Shown here piece by piece: positions 1 through 8,491 of a stretch of 64,000 nucleotides of DNA (positions are counted from its first letter, which is position 1; each line of letters starts with the position of its first letter). The notes under the pieces are model-generated. The model was given only the letters and a program-made list of their open reading frames with translations, was not told the origin of the DNA and searched no databases. A program made the position numbers and the translations under genes. This stretch comes from a virus (taxonomy: Duplodnaviria > Heunggongvirae > Uroviricota > Caudoviricetes). Where the stretch lies: IMG/VR virus record IMGVR_UViG_3300033692_000022. One strand, written 5' to 3'.

Positions 1-368
1 AAGATAGACTTATGATGTTCAACAGTGAATACATAATCGTAACTTTCTAAGTCTTCAAAGACTCTTTCTTGATATCTATCAAGTTCGTTCTGTTCGATAT
101 CTATCTTGATAGTATTATCAACACTATCACCCTTAACGTCCAGTTTCTCAAGGTGGACATGGAAACTATCTTCAGTCTCAACTACGACGGCATCGCAGAT
201 GGCCTCATCATCAAACAGCATTGTAAGCAGTGGAGCTGTATTTAGACTTGCATAAGCTCCCAGCATGTTATCTCCCATTTCCTTAGTAGCGATACCATCC
301 TCTATTGCCTGCTTAGTCTGACCATTCCAGCTTTCTAAAAACTTCTTAATCTTAATTTTCTTTCTCAT
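1..368 (-). CDS. hypothetical phage protein, runs off the window start
   Basis: Translated by hand: ATG at 368 (MRKKIKIKKFLESWNGQTK...) is open to position 1 and overlaps the stop of 368..712. Confidence 0.7.
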   Translation of the reverse strand, partial: MRKKIKIKKFLESWNGQTKQAIEDGIATKEMGDNMLGAYASLNTAPLLTMLFDDEAICDAVVVETEDSFHVHLEKLDVKGDSVDNTIKIDIEQNELDRYQERVFEDLESYDYVFTVEHHKSI

Positions 369-712
369 TAATTAACACTCTCCTCATGTTTTTTATATTG
401 TCTATCTCTTTCCTTAATAGCTTTATCAGTTAAAACATGTACCGGCGCCATCACAAATCCCGAGGTTAAAAACCTTATAGGTTCTTCCTCTATTATGCCA
501 GCCTCTATTAATGCGTCTACCATTCCTTCATTTTCTGACCAATCCTTAATAGCCACCTGATTCTGTGGTAAGTCTATTAAATTGACTGATGCAGTGGCGA
601 AAGGGAAACCATCTTCATCTCTAAGAGCTATTGCCAAGTTATCATTGTCTGTATAATAGCTGAAGACAACCTCACAAGATGCTCCGTGATAATCCATTGT
701 AATCTTTGACAT
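368..712 (-). CDS. hypothetical protein, DUF4313-like
   Basis: AGGAGG RBS upstream; NLAIAL..DG.PFATASVNL...IKDWSENEGM pattern resembles a small Firmicute mobile-element family. Confidence 0.55.
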   Translation of the reverse strand: MSKITMDYHGASCEVVFSYYTDNDNLAIALRDEDGFPFATASVNLIDLPQNQVAIKDWSENEGMVDALIEAGIIEEEPIRFLTSGFVMAPVHVLTDKAIKERDRQYKKHEESVN

Positions 713-738
713 CTGCTAAAACCTCCTAATTATAATTA

Positions 739-751
739 TTTAATGAATCTA
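739..751 (-). promoter_or_regulatory. 13-bp motif TAGATTCATTAAA, copy 1
   Basis: Exact second copy at 5392-5404; both lie just upstream of leftward genes. Confidence 0.5.
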
Positions 752-755
752 ACCT

Positions 756-803
756 AAACACATCCTCGAAAGGAGCAAGCCGTCAAACGTTCTTCTTGAC
801 GGC
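756..803 (-). promoter_or_regulatory. bipartite element AAACACATCC-N15-CGTCAA(N9)TTGACG, copy 1
   Basis: Second copy at 3720-3766 with identical spacing and 19/21 identity in the palindromic part. Confidence 0.65.
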
Positions 804-828
804 GCAGTCTCCTTCGAAGGATAAAATA

Positions 829-1572
829 CTATGCGACTTCATGAGCGCGTTCACTTGCATCGCCGAAGGCGCCTTTAGGAACCCTGGGTTGGATTTCTCC
901 GTCCTTGTAGACTCCAAAAGTACCGAGCGGAAAGTCAAACACGGGATACTGCTCGTCATCGTATTCTGCCAGCGTCCACGCACCATCTTCTAAGAAATAC
1001 ATGATGCGCTTACCGTGGTCTTCATTAAAATCGAACTCAAATCTTCCTATATGCGGCACAACATCATCTTCTGGTGGCCACTGATCATAGGACTCCAGTA
1101 ACTTACCCATATACTCTCCAACTTCCAGAAGGTCGAAGTCTAAATTCTCACTGACCTTCATATCGTGTGTATGAGGGCCAAACTCAAAAAACTGCGGCGG
1201 CTTCCAGCTATTATAACCCACATCATATACATGTATGTCTTTACCATTACACTCCATAGCGTAACGAGCATATAAACTAGCATTGCCGGTTAGTGTATGA
1301 GATAGGTTACAGACAAAGATAACTAAGTCTGCCTCGTCTATGATATCCAGCATTAACCTATCTTCCCTTTCAATAAAGTCACTTGCCTGCTGGCCCTCAA
1401 ATCCTTGATAGATATCATCCAAGAAACCAACATTAAGATCTGGTATGATTATCTCCTTGTCTTCCTGTCCATTAATTGTACTTAAGATACTTTTGGAGCT
1501 ATTTACTACATTACTCGTAGCTCCTAACGGTATCAATATCGTCTTTTTCAACGCTAAAACCTCCTTAAACAT
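829..1572 (-). CDS. hypothetical protein (247 aa)
   Basis: Long ORF on the coding strand of the left region; no diagnostic motif recognised. Confidence 0.7.
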   Translation of the reverse strand: MFKEVLALKKTILIPLGATSNVVNSSKSILSTINGQEDKEIIIPDLNVGFLDDIYQGFEGQQASDFIEREDRLMLDIIDEADLVIFVCNLSHTLTGNASLYARYAMECNGKDIHVYDVGYNSWKPPQFFEFGPHTHDMKVSENLDFDLLEVGEYMGKLLESYDQWPPEDDVVPHIGRFEFDFNEDHGKRIMYFLEDGAWTLAEYDDEQYPVFDFPLGTFGVYKDGEIQPRVPKGAFGDASERAHEVA

Positions 1573-1652
1573 AATAATCTTACTGTTTTGTTTTCTAGCT
1601 TCTATATACTAACTTTTATATGCCGTGAGTAACTTTATTATGGATTTAGTGG

Positions 1653-1690
1653 CAAAAAGGCCCTTTTTAGAGGTATTATATATATAGAAG
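1653..1690 (+). promoter_or_regulatory. 38-bp putative phage promoter motif, copy 1 (antisense to the left-hand genes)
   Basis: CAAAAAGGCCC-N8-GGTATTATATATATAGAAG; copies with the same spacing at 11817 and 13841. Confidence 0.6.
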
Positions 1691-2077
1691 GTGATACTCG
1701 CTGACCGCGCTTCGTAACTCGTTCCTAAAGTTAACACCATTCGTCTTCTTGATTTGTACGACCTGGATATAAAAACAAGCGGCGCAAGACAAGCGGGATT
1801 CAAATCTATAACACATTAACTTACATAAAATACAGTAAGTACAAACCAAACTGAAACATCATCTTCTAACACTTATTGTAACATAGTTGCGTTTCAGATA
1901 CAAGACACAGAGATGAAACACATACCATATTATCTGTCACGGTTAACTATGTCTACCTACTATGACTTAAATAAGTGGCGGCGCAACAAGGAACACTACC
2001 AATGAGTAGACTCTCCCAATAGATAGACAAAGGACTCTAATAGTATAAAGACTCTATCCACTATAGGACATAGTAAC

Positions 2078-2308
2078 TTAAGCAACTCTGTTAACATTAC
2101 TATTACCTACTTCCCTTACTCCTGTAATCAATGACTCTGTACCATCATCTACATCAATGATTACATGCTTACCAGGTTCCAGTTCCTTTACAGCAACAAC
2201 ATCATAGTCTCCTCGTGCCTTGTTATAGACATCAACTAACTCTTCACCTTCACTTACAAACTGACTGATCCCTCTAAATCCAAGTGACTCACAATTAACT
2301 ACATACAT
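2078..2308 (-). CDS. hypothetical protein
   Basis: ORF with a GGAGGAG RBS. Confidence 0.65.
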   Translation of the reverse strand: MYVVNCESLGFRGISQFVSEGEELVDVYNKARGDYDVVAVKELEPGKHVIIDVDDGTESLITGVREVGNSNVNRVA

Positions 2309-2606
2309 GATTATATCTCCTCCTGTTTGTCTCTATTTGCCTTCACAAAACTAATGTCTTTACCACAATAAGGACATTCTTTCTTATACATAACTAATCA
2401 CACCTCACCAGTAACTACTCTAAGACCCTTTAGGGGAGAATTAGACCTCTCTATGTGCTAACTAATGCTTCCAACGAGTCTAGGCAATATAACGGTAAAG
2501 AGACCTGCTCCCTCCCTACCGCGGGGAAAAAGGATGCCGAAAAGCTATACGACAAGCGTCATATAAGGCACAGGAGCAGGTTTTATCGTCTCAAAGGTAG
2601 ATTGAC

Positions 2607-3086
2607 CTACCTAGTCTTTTTGCCCTCCCGTAAGAGGCGTTTACGGACATGACACAGTATTGTTCCCATTATAGCCTCTGACTCGTAATTGGTACGTGGG
2701 ACTAGTTCTGAGCCGTTGTAATCGATGTAGAAGTTAAAGCGTCTGGTTTGGCCACCAGCCGAAATATCACCTTCCACGTATGACAGGGATGAGGCAGGGT
2801 CGCCCCCTAGAGCGTTGCCAAGTTTATTAGGGTTGATTTTCACTCTAAGACGTGTTATATTCATACTGGACAAGTCGTTAGCCTGGTAATTGAGATACCA
2901 GGGGCTGTCCGAGCTGTCGATAGGGTTGATTTCCTCTAGGAAGACCCGTAAAGTCTTACCTTGAGGAGTAGAGACGGGGATTACTTGTTTGCCGAAGGTT
3001 GTGTGGAAGAAACTATCACCGGCTATCTTGTATTCCCCGGCCCAACCCTTAACTTTAACAGTGTCACCTTTAGTTACATATGCCAT
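2607..3086 (-). CDS. hypothetical protein
   Basis: Start moved to ATG 3086 (MAYVTKG...), which follows a GGAGG RBS. Confidence 0.7.
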   Translation of the reverse strand: MAYVTKGDTVKVKGWAGEYKIAGDSFFHTTFGKQVIPVSTPQGKTLRVFLEEINPIDSSDSPWYLNYQANDLSSMNITRLRVKINPNKLGNALGGDPASSLSYVEGDISAGGQTRRFNFYIDYNGSELVPRTNYESEAIMGTILCHVRKRLLREGKKTR

Positions 3087-3087
3087 G

Positions 3088-3327
3088 TTACTTAGCCTCC
3101 TTTCTAGGAAGCTCTTCTTCTTCAGTACCTTTACCCTTGTTGTAACCAGCTTTGAAATCATCTATTACTGATTCCTTGGCTGCGCTGACCTTACTGCCAG
3201 CACTGGATGACTTCTCGGCTATCTTCTCGATGCCGGCGCCACCCAACTCGTCCAATTTCTTAATGCCTGAAACTGTCTTACCAACTAAACTGCCAGCACC
3301 TCTGATAATCTTTTTACTTAATCTCAT
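3088..3327 (-). CDS. small Lys/Ala/Gly-rich protein with FKAGYNKG motif
   Basis: ATG 3327 after an AAGGAG RBS; shares the FK[AD]GYNKG motif with 7997..8491. Confidence 0.6.
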   Translation of the reverse strand: MRLSKKIIRGAGSLVGKTVSGIKKLDELGGAGIEKIAEKSSSAGSKVSAAKESVIDDFKAGYNKGKGTEEEELPRKEAK

Positions 3328-3649
3328 TAATACCACTTCTCCTTTCTGCTTTCGCAGGGTCATAGTTATTAATTGCCTCTCTAACCATCTCGATAAACAT
3401 CTTCTCATAATCTAAGTCGCAGTCAGCATAAATCTCTCTGACCATGAACTTTGCCTCGGTAAAAGCAAGGCGCGCAGAGTCCCCAGAAACCTCTAACCAG
3501 ATAGAACCATTGTCTCTAACAACTATATAGCCATCGTTATCTAGTAACGGTAGGCCCTTGTGCTGCCCTGACTCCATTACCTTCCAGAAACCCTCTTCTC
3601 TTACGTCAGCAATAAATGCGTGACGCTTACTGTTTAACCCTCTAGGCAT
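3314..3649 (-). CDS. hypothetical protein
   Basis: ORF with a GGAG RBS, downstream of copy 2 of the bipartite element. Confidence 0.7.
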   Translation of the reverse strand: MPRGLNSKRHAFIADVREEGFWKVMESGQHKGLPLLDNDGYIVVRDNGSIWLEVSGDSARLAFTEAKFMVREIYADCDLDYEKMFIEMVREAINNYDPAKAERRSGINEIK

Positions 3650-3719
3650 TTATACCACTCCTTAGTTGTAATATCTTACTTAGACTATAAAAACAAAAAG
3701 AACAAAACTAACTTACCCA

Positions 3720-3766
3720 AAACACATCCATGGCTGCCGCAGCGCGTCAAATGGTCTTCTTGACGC
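3720..3766 (-). promoter_or_regulatory. bipartite element, copy 2
   Basis: AAACACATCC-N15-CGTCAAATGGTCTTCTTGACG. Confidence 0.65.
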
Positions 3767-3877
3767 AGTGAGGACAGACATGATAGTCTCTTAGTAGGAC
3801 GATAAGACCACATCTAACCTAACCATCAGGACAATAGCTTATCTTAAAGGCCAGCAGAACGAACCGAGTGTACAAGC

Positions 3878-3960
3878 ACCCGGCCCGAAGGGCCTTTACT
3901 GTAAAGAGATGGCCCGGACGGTGAGCTGATAACTACCCACCTACCCGGGCCCGAAGGGCT
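3878..3960. repeat. two GC-rich C-GAA-G triloop hairpins in direct repeat
   Basis: GGCCC-GAA-GGGCC at 3882-3894 and GCCC-GAA-GGGC at 3949-3959, each preceded by ACCCGG. Confidence 0.6.
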
Positions 3961-5351
3961 TACTTAGTATATCCGTAAGCCTCTCTTACTTGATCAGTTA
4001 AGAACTGAGCAGTGTATTTATTGTTTAAGTGGTTCTCGCCGTCCTTATTGAAGAACTGGAGTGATCCGTTGTAGTACACAGCCGCGAACTGTGCTTTCTT
4101 ACCATTAACGGCCTCCAGTTCTAATTCTGCCACTAAGGTACCATTATTGATACCCTTTAAAGTATCTCTGGTCTTGCTGATGGCCCAGTCATTCAGGCCA
4201 TGACGAATATCGGTACTGGTACTAGTTTTAGTACTGGTACTCTTCTTAGTTTCTTTTGGAGTACTCTTCTTAGTATCATAAGTCTTATCCGCGAAATAAT
4301 CTGCGGCAGGAACAGGTTTCATCTGTCTACGGCCATTAATCTTGACTACCATACCATCAACTACTTCTACTACCTCCTTATCTCCCTCTGTCTTTTTGAT
4401 AGGGTTGATCCCTTCTGTTTGAACCTCATTTACATTAGGATCTTTCTCTTCTTTCTTCTTAATGGTGGAACCAGGATTCTCAAACTCTTCAAGCTCTCTC
4501 TGCTTCTGCTTGAACTCAGCTTCAGCTTTCTTGTATTCACGTCTGAGGTCATCTAGCAGCTTCTTCTTAATACTGTCTGGCACCTCATCGGTTGTGACCT
4601 TGGTAAGTGCATCCTCAAAGTTGAACTCAATCTTTCCGTTATAGAAGACCGCATCACCATAAATACTGCTACCATCTGTTCTAGTTAGTGCAACTGTACC
4701 AACTAAATCTTTATCTGTTAGCTCCTCGTGATAGTTAGAATCGATCACATAGTAATCAGCAATACCAGATTCTACTGCTTCCTGCAGCTGTTCTCCTGAG
4801 ATTAAGATCTCTTCATCTCCTTCCTCTATTAATGCAAGCTCGTTCTTATAGGCTCTTAACAGCCCGGCTTTAACATTAGCCCAGACTGCAGAGTTTAATC
4901 TACGACCATCTGTTTCCTGGATTAGTCCTCCGTCCTTCATTGAGACCTGGATGTGCCTGTCTGCTCCAACAGACTGCTTGACTGTGATATCAGCAACATA
5001 TGTCTTACCATCTAGGGTTACAGACTCGTCACCTAAATAGAAAGCGTTAACTCTCGCCTCCTCTACGATACCAGAGTCTTTTAAGATCACTCTATTATCG
5101 TTTTTAGTTTCTTCCACTTCTTCCCCCTCCTTTTCTTTTGTTGTTGTTTCTTCCTCTTCCTGGGTCAGTTCGTCTTCAAGAGCATCTAAGATATTAGCAG
5201 CACGCTTTTCTCCCACACCTTTGATAGATAAAAGGCCGCCACGAGAAAGCTCTACTTCCTCGATACCTTCCTCTGCAGCATTCTTATACATATTAGCAGT
5301 GATTAAGTCCAGGTCAGCAAGTCTCTCAACAGTAATTGTAGTAGTTTTCAT
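3960..5351 (-). CDS. acidic protein with N-terminal helix-hairpin-helix DNA-binding motif
   Basis: LLSIKGVGEKRAANI fits the HhH consensus; start moved to ATG 5351 after GGAGG; contains an S/T-rich stretch encoded by a GTAC array. Confidence 0.65.
   Translation of the reverse strand: MKTTTITVERLADLDLITANMYKNAAEEGIEEVELSRGGLLSIKGVGEKRAANILDALEDELTQEEEETTTKEKEGEEVEETKNDNRVILKDSGIVEEARVNAFYLGDESVTLDGKTYVADITVKQSVGADRHIQVSMKDGGLIQETDGRRLNSAVWANVKAGLLRAYKNELALIEEGDEEILISGEQLQEAVESGIADYYVIDSNYHEELTDKDLVGTVALTRTDGSSIYGDAVFYNGKIEFNFEDALTKVTTDEVPDSIKKKLLDDLRREYKKAEAEFKQKQRELEEFENPGSTIKKKEEKDPNVNEVQTEGINPIKKTEGDKEVVEVVDGMVVKINGRRQMKPVPAADYFADKTYDTKKSTPKETKKSTSTKTSTSTDIRHGLNDWAISKTRDTLKGINNGTLVAELELEAVNGKKAQFAAVYYNGSLQFFNKDGENHLNNKYTAQFLTDQVREAYGYTK
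4211..4276. repeat. 6-bp periodic GTAC array inside a CDS
   Basis: cggtac tggtac tagttt tagtac tggtac ... gagtac; units match the array upstream of parA. Confidence 0.55.
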
Positions 5352-5391
5352 AATTATCCTCCTGGCTGATTGAGGAGCCACCCTATATTAT

Positions 5392-5404
5392 TTTAATGAA
5401 TCTA
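5392..5404 (-). promoter_or_regulatory. 13-bp motif TAGATTCATTAAA, copy 2
   Basis: Identical to 739-751; upstream of the HhH protein gene. Confidence 0.5.
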
Positions 5405-5463
5405 TTAATAGATAAAAAAGAGCCAGATACTTATTGTGCGCCTCTGAGCCGGGCGCAGTGAGT

Positions 5464-6414
5464 TTACTTAAAGTTAACAGCCACACCTGCCAGATAGACT
5501 CTGGTCAGATGCTGATTCCATCTACCGCGCTCAGGTAAAACAATACGCGGCGAATAAAAGGGGCAATCATCAGCATGGTATTCAAAGTCACCATCTCTGA
5601 TCTCAGACATGTTGGTATGCTTTCCTCCAGTTTCCACTGAAAAGTAAGCATTATCTGAGTAAGTCCCTGATCCCTTAATGCGTTTCTCACCGTTAAGGAA
5701 CATATGGCCTTTCATGCCGTGCAGGAGTCCATGGTCTTTCTCTGCTGCCCAGTTTCCAATAGCAGCGGCGCCATCATCCAGGTTTTCACCTGTCATGGCA
5801 CACTTATACTTAGACTTTTCTGCATCACCAGAGACAGGGCCAGCTGGAGGTTCTACATACTCTTTATTGATACACTTCTTGCATGTAGGAAACTCCTCAT
5901 CACTATCTTGGTGATAGAATCTGTTATCCACATCATCATGCTTCTGAGTTAATATCAAACCTAACTTACGCCACATAGCAACCTTAGCGGCACCCTTCAG
6001 CTTCTTGCGGATATAACGCAGTCCACTATCAGAATCAATCTTGCCGGCGACAGTCCCCTTAATATCAGAGACACTCTTAACGACAGACACTTTCTTATCC
6101 GCCTTCAGGACGCCAGGCTTTTCTAAACCAGAAGCAACAGGAACAACAGTTAGCTGCTCCTGCTTGATGTCGCTGAAGTTCTTGTAAGTCTTAATGTCTA
6201 AGACTATCTTAACCAATGGCTCATCATACCATTCACCATCGATTTCGAGTCTATTATGGACTCTTAAGATAACCTCCCCAAGAAATGATCGCTTCCAGGT
6301 TTTATACTGGTCACCACCATTTCCCGTATTCTTATTAACAATCCTAACCGTCTCAACAGTGACCTCGAGTCTATCGAGGCCAAATTTACTTAAATAAACT
6401 GACATTAATATCAC
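5464..6414 (-). CDS. hypothetical protein with Cys/His motifs
   Basis: 316-aa ORF with CKKC and HxxxC motifs; GGAG RBS. Confidence 0.7.
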   Translation of the reverse strand: MILMSVYLSKFGLDRLEVTVETVRIVNKNTGNGGDQYKTWKRSFLGEVILRVHNRLEIDGEWYDEPLVKIVLDIKTYKNFSDIKQEQLTVVPVASGLEKPGVLKADKKVSVVKSVSDIKGTVAGKIDSDSGLRYIRKKLKGAAKVAMWRKLGLILTQKHDDVDNRFYHQDSDEEFPTCKKCINKEYVEPPAGPVSGDAEKSKYKCAMTGENLDDGAAAIGNWAAEKDHGLLHGMKGHMFLNGEKRIKGSGTYSDNAYFSVETGGKHTNMSEIRDGDFEYHADDCPFYSPRIVLPERGRWNQHLTRVYLAGVAVNFK

Positions 6415-6428
6415 TCCTTTCTAAGTGA

Positions 6429-6599
6429 CTAAAATGGGATTTCTACGTCTTCTACATCATTGTCTTGAGAATCAGGTCTAAAAACATGGATGCGGCCATT
6501 ACCGCGCTTTTCATTAAGGGCCAGATCTGCAAGCCTCTTATCTTCTTCATCTAAGACTTGCTCACCGCCCTCTATCCATGTATAATCAAATAGAGCCAT
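6429..6599 (-). CDS. 56-aa protein ending in an SSB-like acidic tail (DNDVEDVEIPF)
   Basis: Translated by hand (below the ORF-track cutoff); GGAGGTG RBS; fills the gap between neighbouring genes. Confidence 0.7.
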   Translation of the reverse strand: MALFDYTWIEGGEQVLDEEDKRLADLALNEKRGNGRIHVFRPDSQDNDVEDVEIPF

Positions 6600-6632
6600 G
6601 GGTTATCACCTCCTTTCGTTGAGGATTGTGGA

Positions 6633-6818
6633 TTATGCAAATAAGGACATCTGAACAAAGTCGTCTTGAACTTTCGGGCGCATAGGCCAACCCTTTTTAG
6701 CAGCATCGCGTGCTATCGCATAACGCTGCTTATAGGGCATATCCTGCCAACGGTCCATATTATAGCCGTTAGCACTCCACCAGCCTTTGCCCTTAGAGAC
6801 TAAGGACTGTTCGTGCAT
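6633..6818 (-). CDS. hypothetical protein
   Basis: ATG 6818 after GGAGGTG; overlaps the upstream stop codon. Confidence 0.6.
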   Translation of the reverse strand: MHEQSLVSKGKGWWSANGYNMDRWQDMPYKQRYAIARDAAKKGWPMRPKVQDDFVQMSLFA

Positions 6819-7234
6819 TATTCCACCTCCAATCCGAGAGCGGGACGAATAACACTTGGCCAACCATGTTCTCTCACTGTGGCCATGAGGTCAGAATCGT
6901 AGCCACTAGTGAACTTGTAAGCGGTCTTGGGCCCTTGTGCGCTCCAACGCACCTCTAGCTCAAGGCCGTATTCTCTATAAACAGCCTCTTTTATCTCCTC
7001 TATGGTATGAGGGATATCGGCGGTACCAACATATTCACGGTACCACTTCTTCTGGTCCTCGTCTCTAGTACGAGCCCGCTTTCTACGGTCTCTTTTACTA
7101 GAGAGGTCTACCTTAGAGGACTTCTGTTTAAACTGGGCCTTACTATAATACCCCCTTCTACTGTCATGCCCCCTCTTCTCAGCGCTTATCATACAGTTAA
7201 CTACATCACGATCATGCTTCTCATTAAATAACAT
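6818..7234 (-). CDS. hypothetical basic protein
   Basis: ORF in a tightly packed leftward operon. Confidence 0.65.
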   Translation of the reverse strand: MLFNEKHDRDVVNCMISAEKRGHDSRRGYYSKAQFKQKSSKVDLSSKRDRRKRARTRDEDQKKWYREYVGTADIPHTIEEIKEAVYREYGLELEVRWSAQGPKTAYKFTSGYDSDLMATVREHGWPSVIRPALGLEVE

Positions 7235-7499
7235 TATTAATAACCTCCTCTAGTTTTGTTTTGTCAATATCATAGGCAGAATTAGCCCTATCTACTAGGT
7301 CTTTAACTCTGTCTCTTGCTATCTCTGAACCAGAATCTAGTAATATTAGATCATAGCAGTGAGAACGCCTGTTATATTCAGTATCAATTGAGTATCTATC
7401 GTCTATTATTTGCTGATTTAAGTCGTGATAACTATCAAATTTCCCCACAAGATCCTCCATCTGCCATATCAGATTAATCAAATAAAAGTTCTCCTTCAT
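7224..7499 (-). CDS. hypothetical protein
   Basis: ORF coupled to both neighbours; AGGAG RBS. Confidence 0.65.
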   Translation of the reverse strand: MKENFYLINLIWQMEDLVGKFDSYHDLNQQIIDDRYSIDTEYNRRSHCYDLILLDSGSEIARDRVKDLVDRANSAYDIDKTKLEEVINNVI

Positions 7500-7783
7500 T
7501 ATTTATCACTCCTTTCTTTTAATACCGGTACTCTAACAGTCTCACCAACAGCCAACATGAGTGAATCAGACCCACCATTCTCCTGCTTAAACAAATAAAC
7601 TAACTCATTAGTATTACAGGAGCTATCATTGTACTCCTGGACTATATTCCACACACGCTCCCCATTGCCCACCTTGTGCATGACAACAGAGTAATCATCA
7701 GTCTCTCCTACACCCATAACACCAACAACAACAAAAGACCCCAGCATGATAGCCAGGGCCATAATAGCAATAATCTTCTTCAT
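7499..7783 (-). CDS. membrane-anchored LysM protein, YneA-like
   Basis: N-terminal hydrophobic helix (MKKIIAIMALAIMLGSFVVVG) followed by a LysM pattern (HKVGNGERVWNIV...LAVGETVRVP). Confidence 0.7.
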   Translation of the reverse strand: MKKIIAIMALAIMLGSFVVVGVMGVGETDDYSVVMHKVGNGERVWNIVQEYNDSSCNTNELVYLFKQENGGSDSLMLAVGETVRVPVLKERSDK

Positions 7784-7800
7784 TTGTATTCCCCCTTCTA

Positions 7801-7995
7801 TTAGTGCACACCAAATAACTGGCGCGCGTCCTCACCCAACACAACAACTGGATAGCCCTCCACAGAGCCGTCTTTACGTACCCTGTAGAGCGCATCCCCT
7901 ATTAACTCATAGTGGTCAAAGCACCCTAAGCAGGGCACCTTGCCACCAGTACGCCCTATGATAGAGCGCACCTCATACTGTTGTAGTCTTCTCAC
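7801..7995 (-). CDS. hypothetical protein
   Basis: Small ORF filling the gap in the operon. Confidence 0.5.
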   Translation of the reverse strand: MRRLQQYEVRSIIGRTGGKVPCLGCFDHYELIGDALYRVRKDGSVEGYPVVVLGEDARQLFGVH

Positions 7996-7996
7996 C

Positions 7997-8491
7997 TTAT
8001 TTCACCCCCTTGTTATATCCATCTTTAAATGCTCCTACTAGAGACCCAAAGAACCCAACAGAGCCTTTAGCCCCACTGGTGACAGCCTTCTTAGCTCCAC
8101 CCACTGCCTTACCAGCAAGGCGGGTAGTGCCTGTAGCAGTCTTACTAACTAACTTGGCAGTACCACTAACTGCACTGCCACTCTTCTCAGCCACTGTCTT
8201 AGCGGCCTTCTCAGTTTTAACTAAAGCCTTAGCCCCATTCTCCCCTAGCCTCTGAGAGAAAGGCTTCTTCACCTGGTCAATAGCCCTCTTTGCTTGCCTT
8301 GCTGTGTCTGCATAGTTAGTAGTCTTATCCATAGTCTTCTCCTCCTTATCTTCTTTAACTGCCTCTTCTTCAGCTGCCATGAACTCATCAAACTGCTTAT
8401 AACTGTCAGTAGGCACATCTTCTAGCTTTGTTACCTTCTTAGTCTCTTTCTTCTTAGCCTCTGCAAAATAGATACCGTTTACTTCAATCAT
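7997..8491 (-). CDS. Lys/Ala-rich amphipathic protein with FKDGYNKG motif
   Basis: First gene of the leftward operon; strong AGGAGG RBS. Confidence 0.7.
   Translation of the reverse strand: MIEVNGIYFAEAKKKETKKVTKLEDVPTDSYKQFDEFMAAEEEAVKEDKEEKTMDKTTNYADTARQAKRAIDQVKKPFSQRLGENGAKALVKTEKAAKTVAEKSGSAVSGTAKLVSKTATGTTRLAGKAVGGAKKAVTSGAKGSVGFFGSLVGAFKDGYNKGVK

Noticed and set aside
1599-1608. TATATAGAAG core alone (minus strand here; also near 20459 and 36543 on plus)
   Set aside because: The upstream part of the 38-bp motif is missing and two of the hits are inside coding sequence, so they were not counted as promoter copies.
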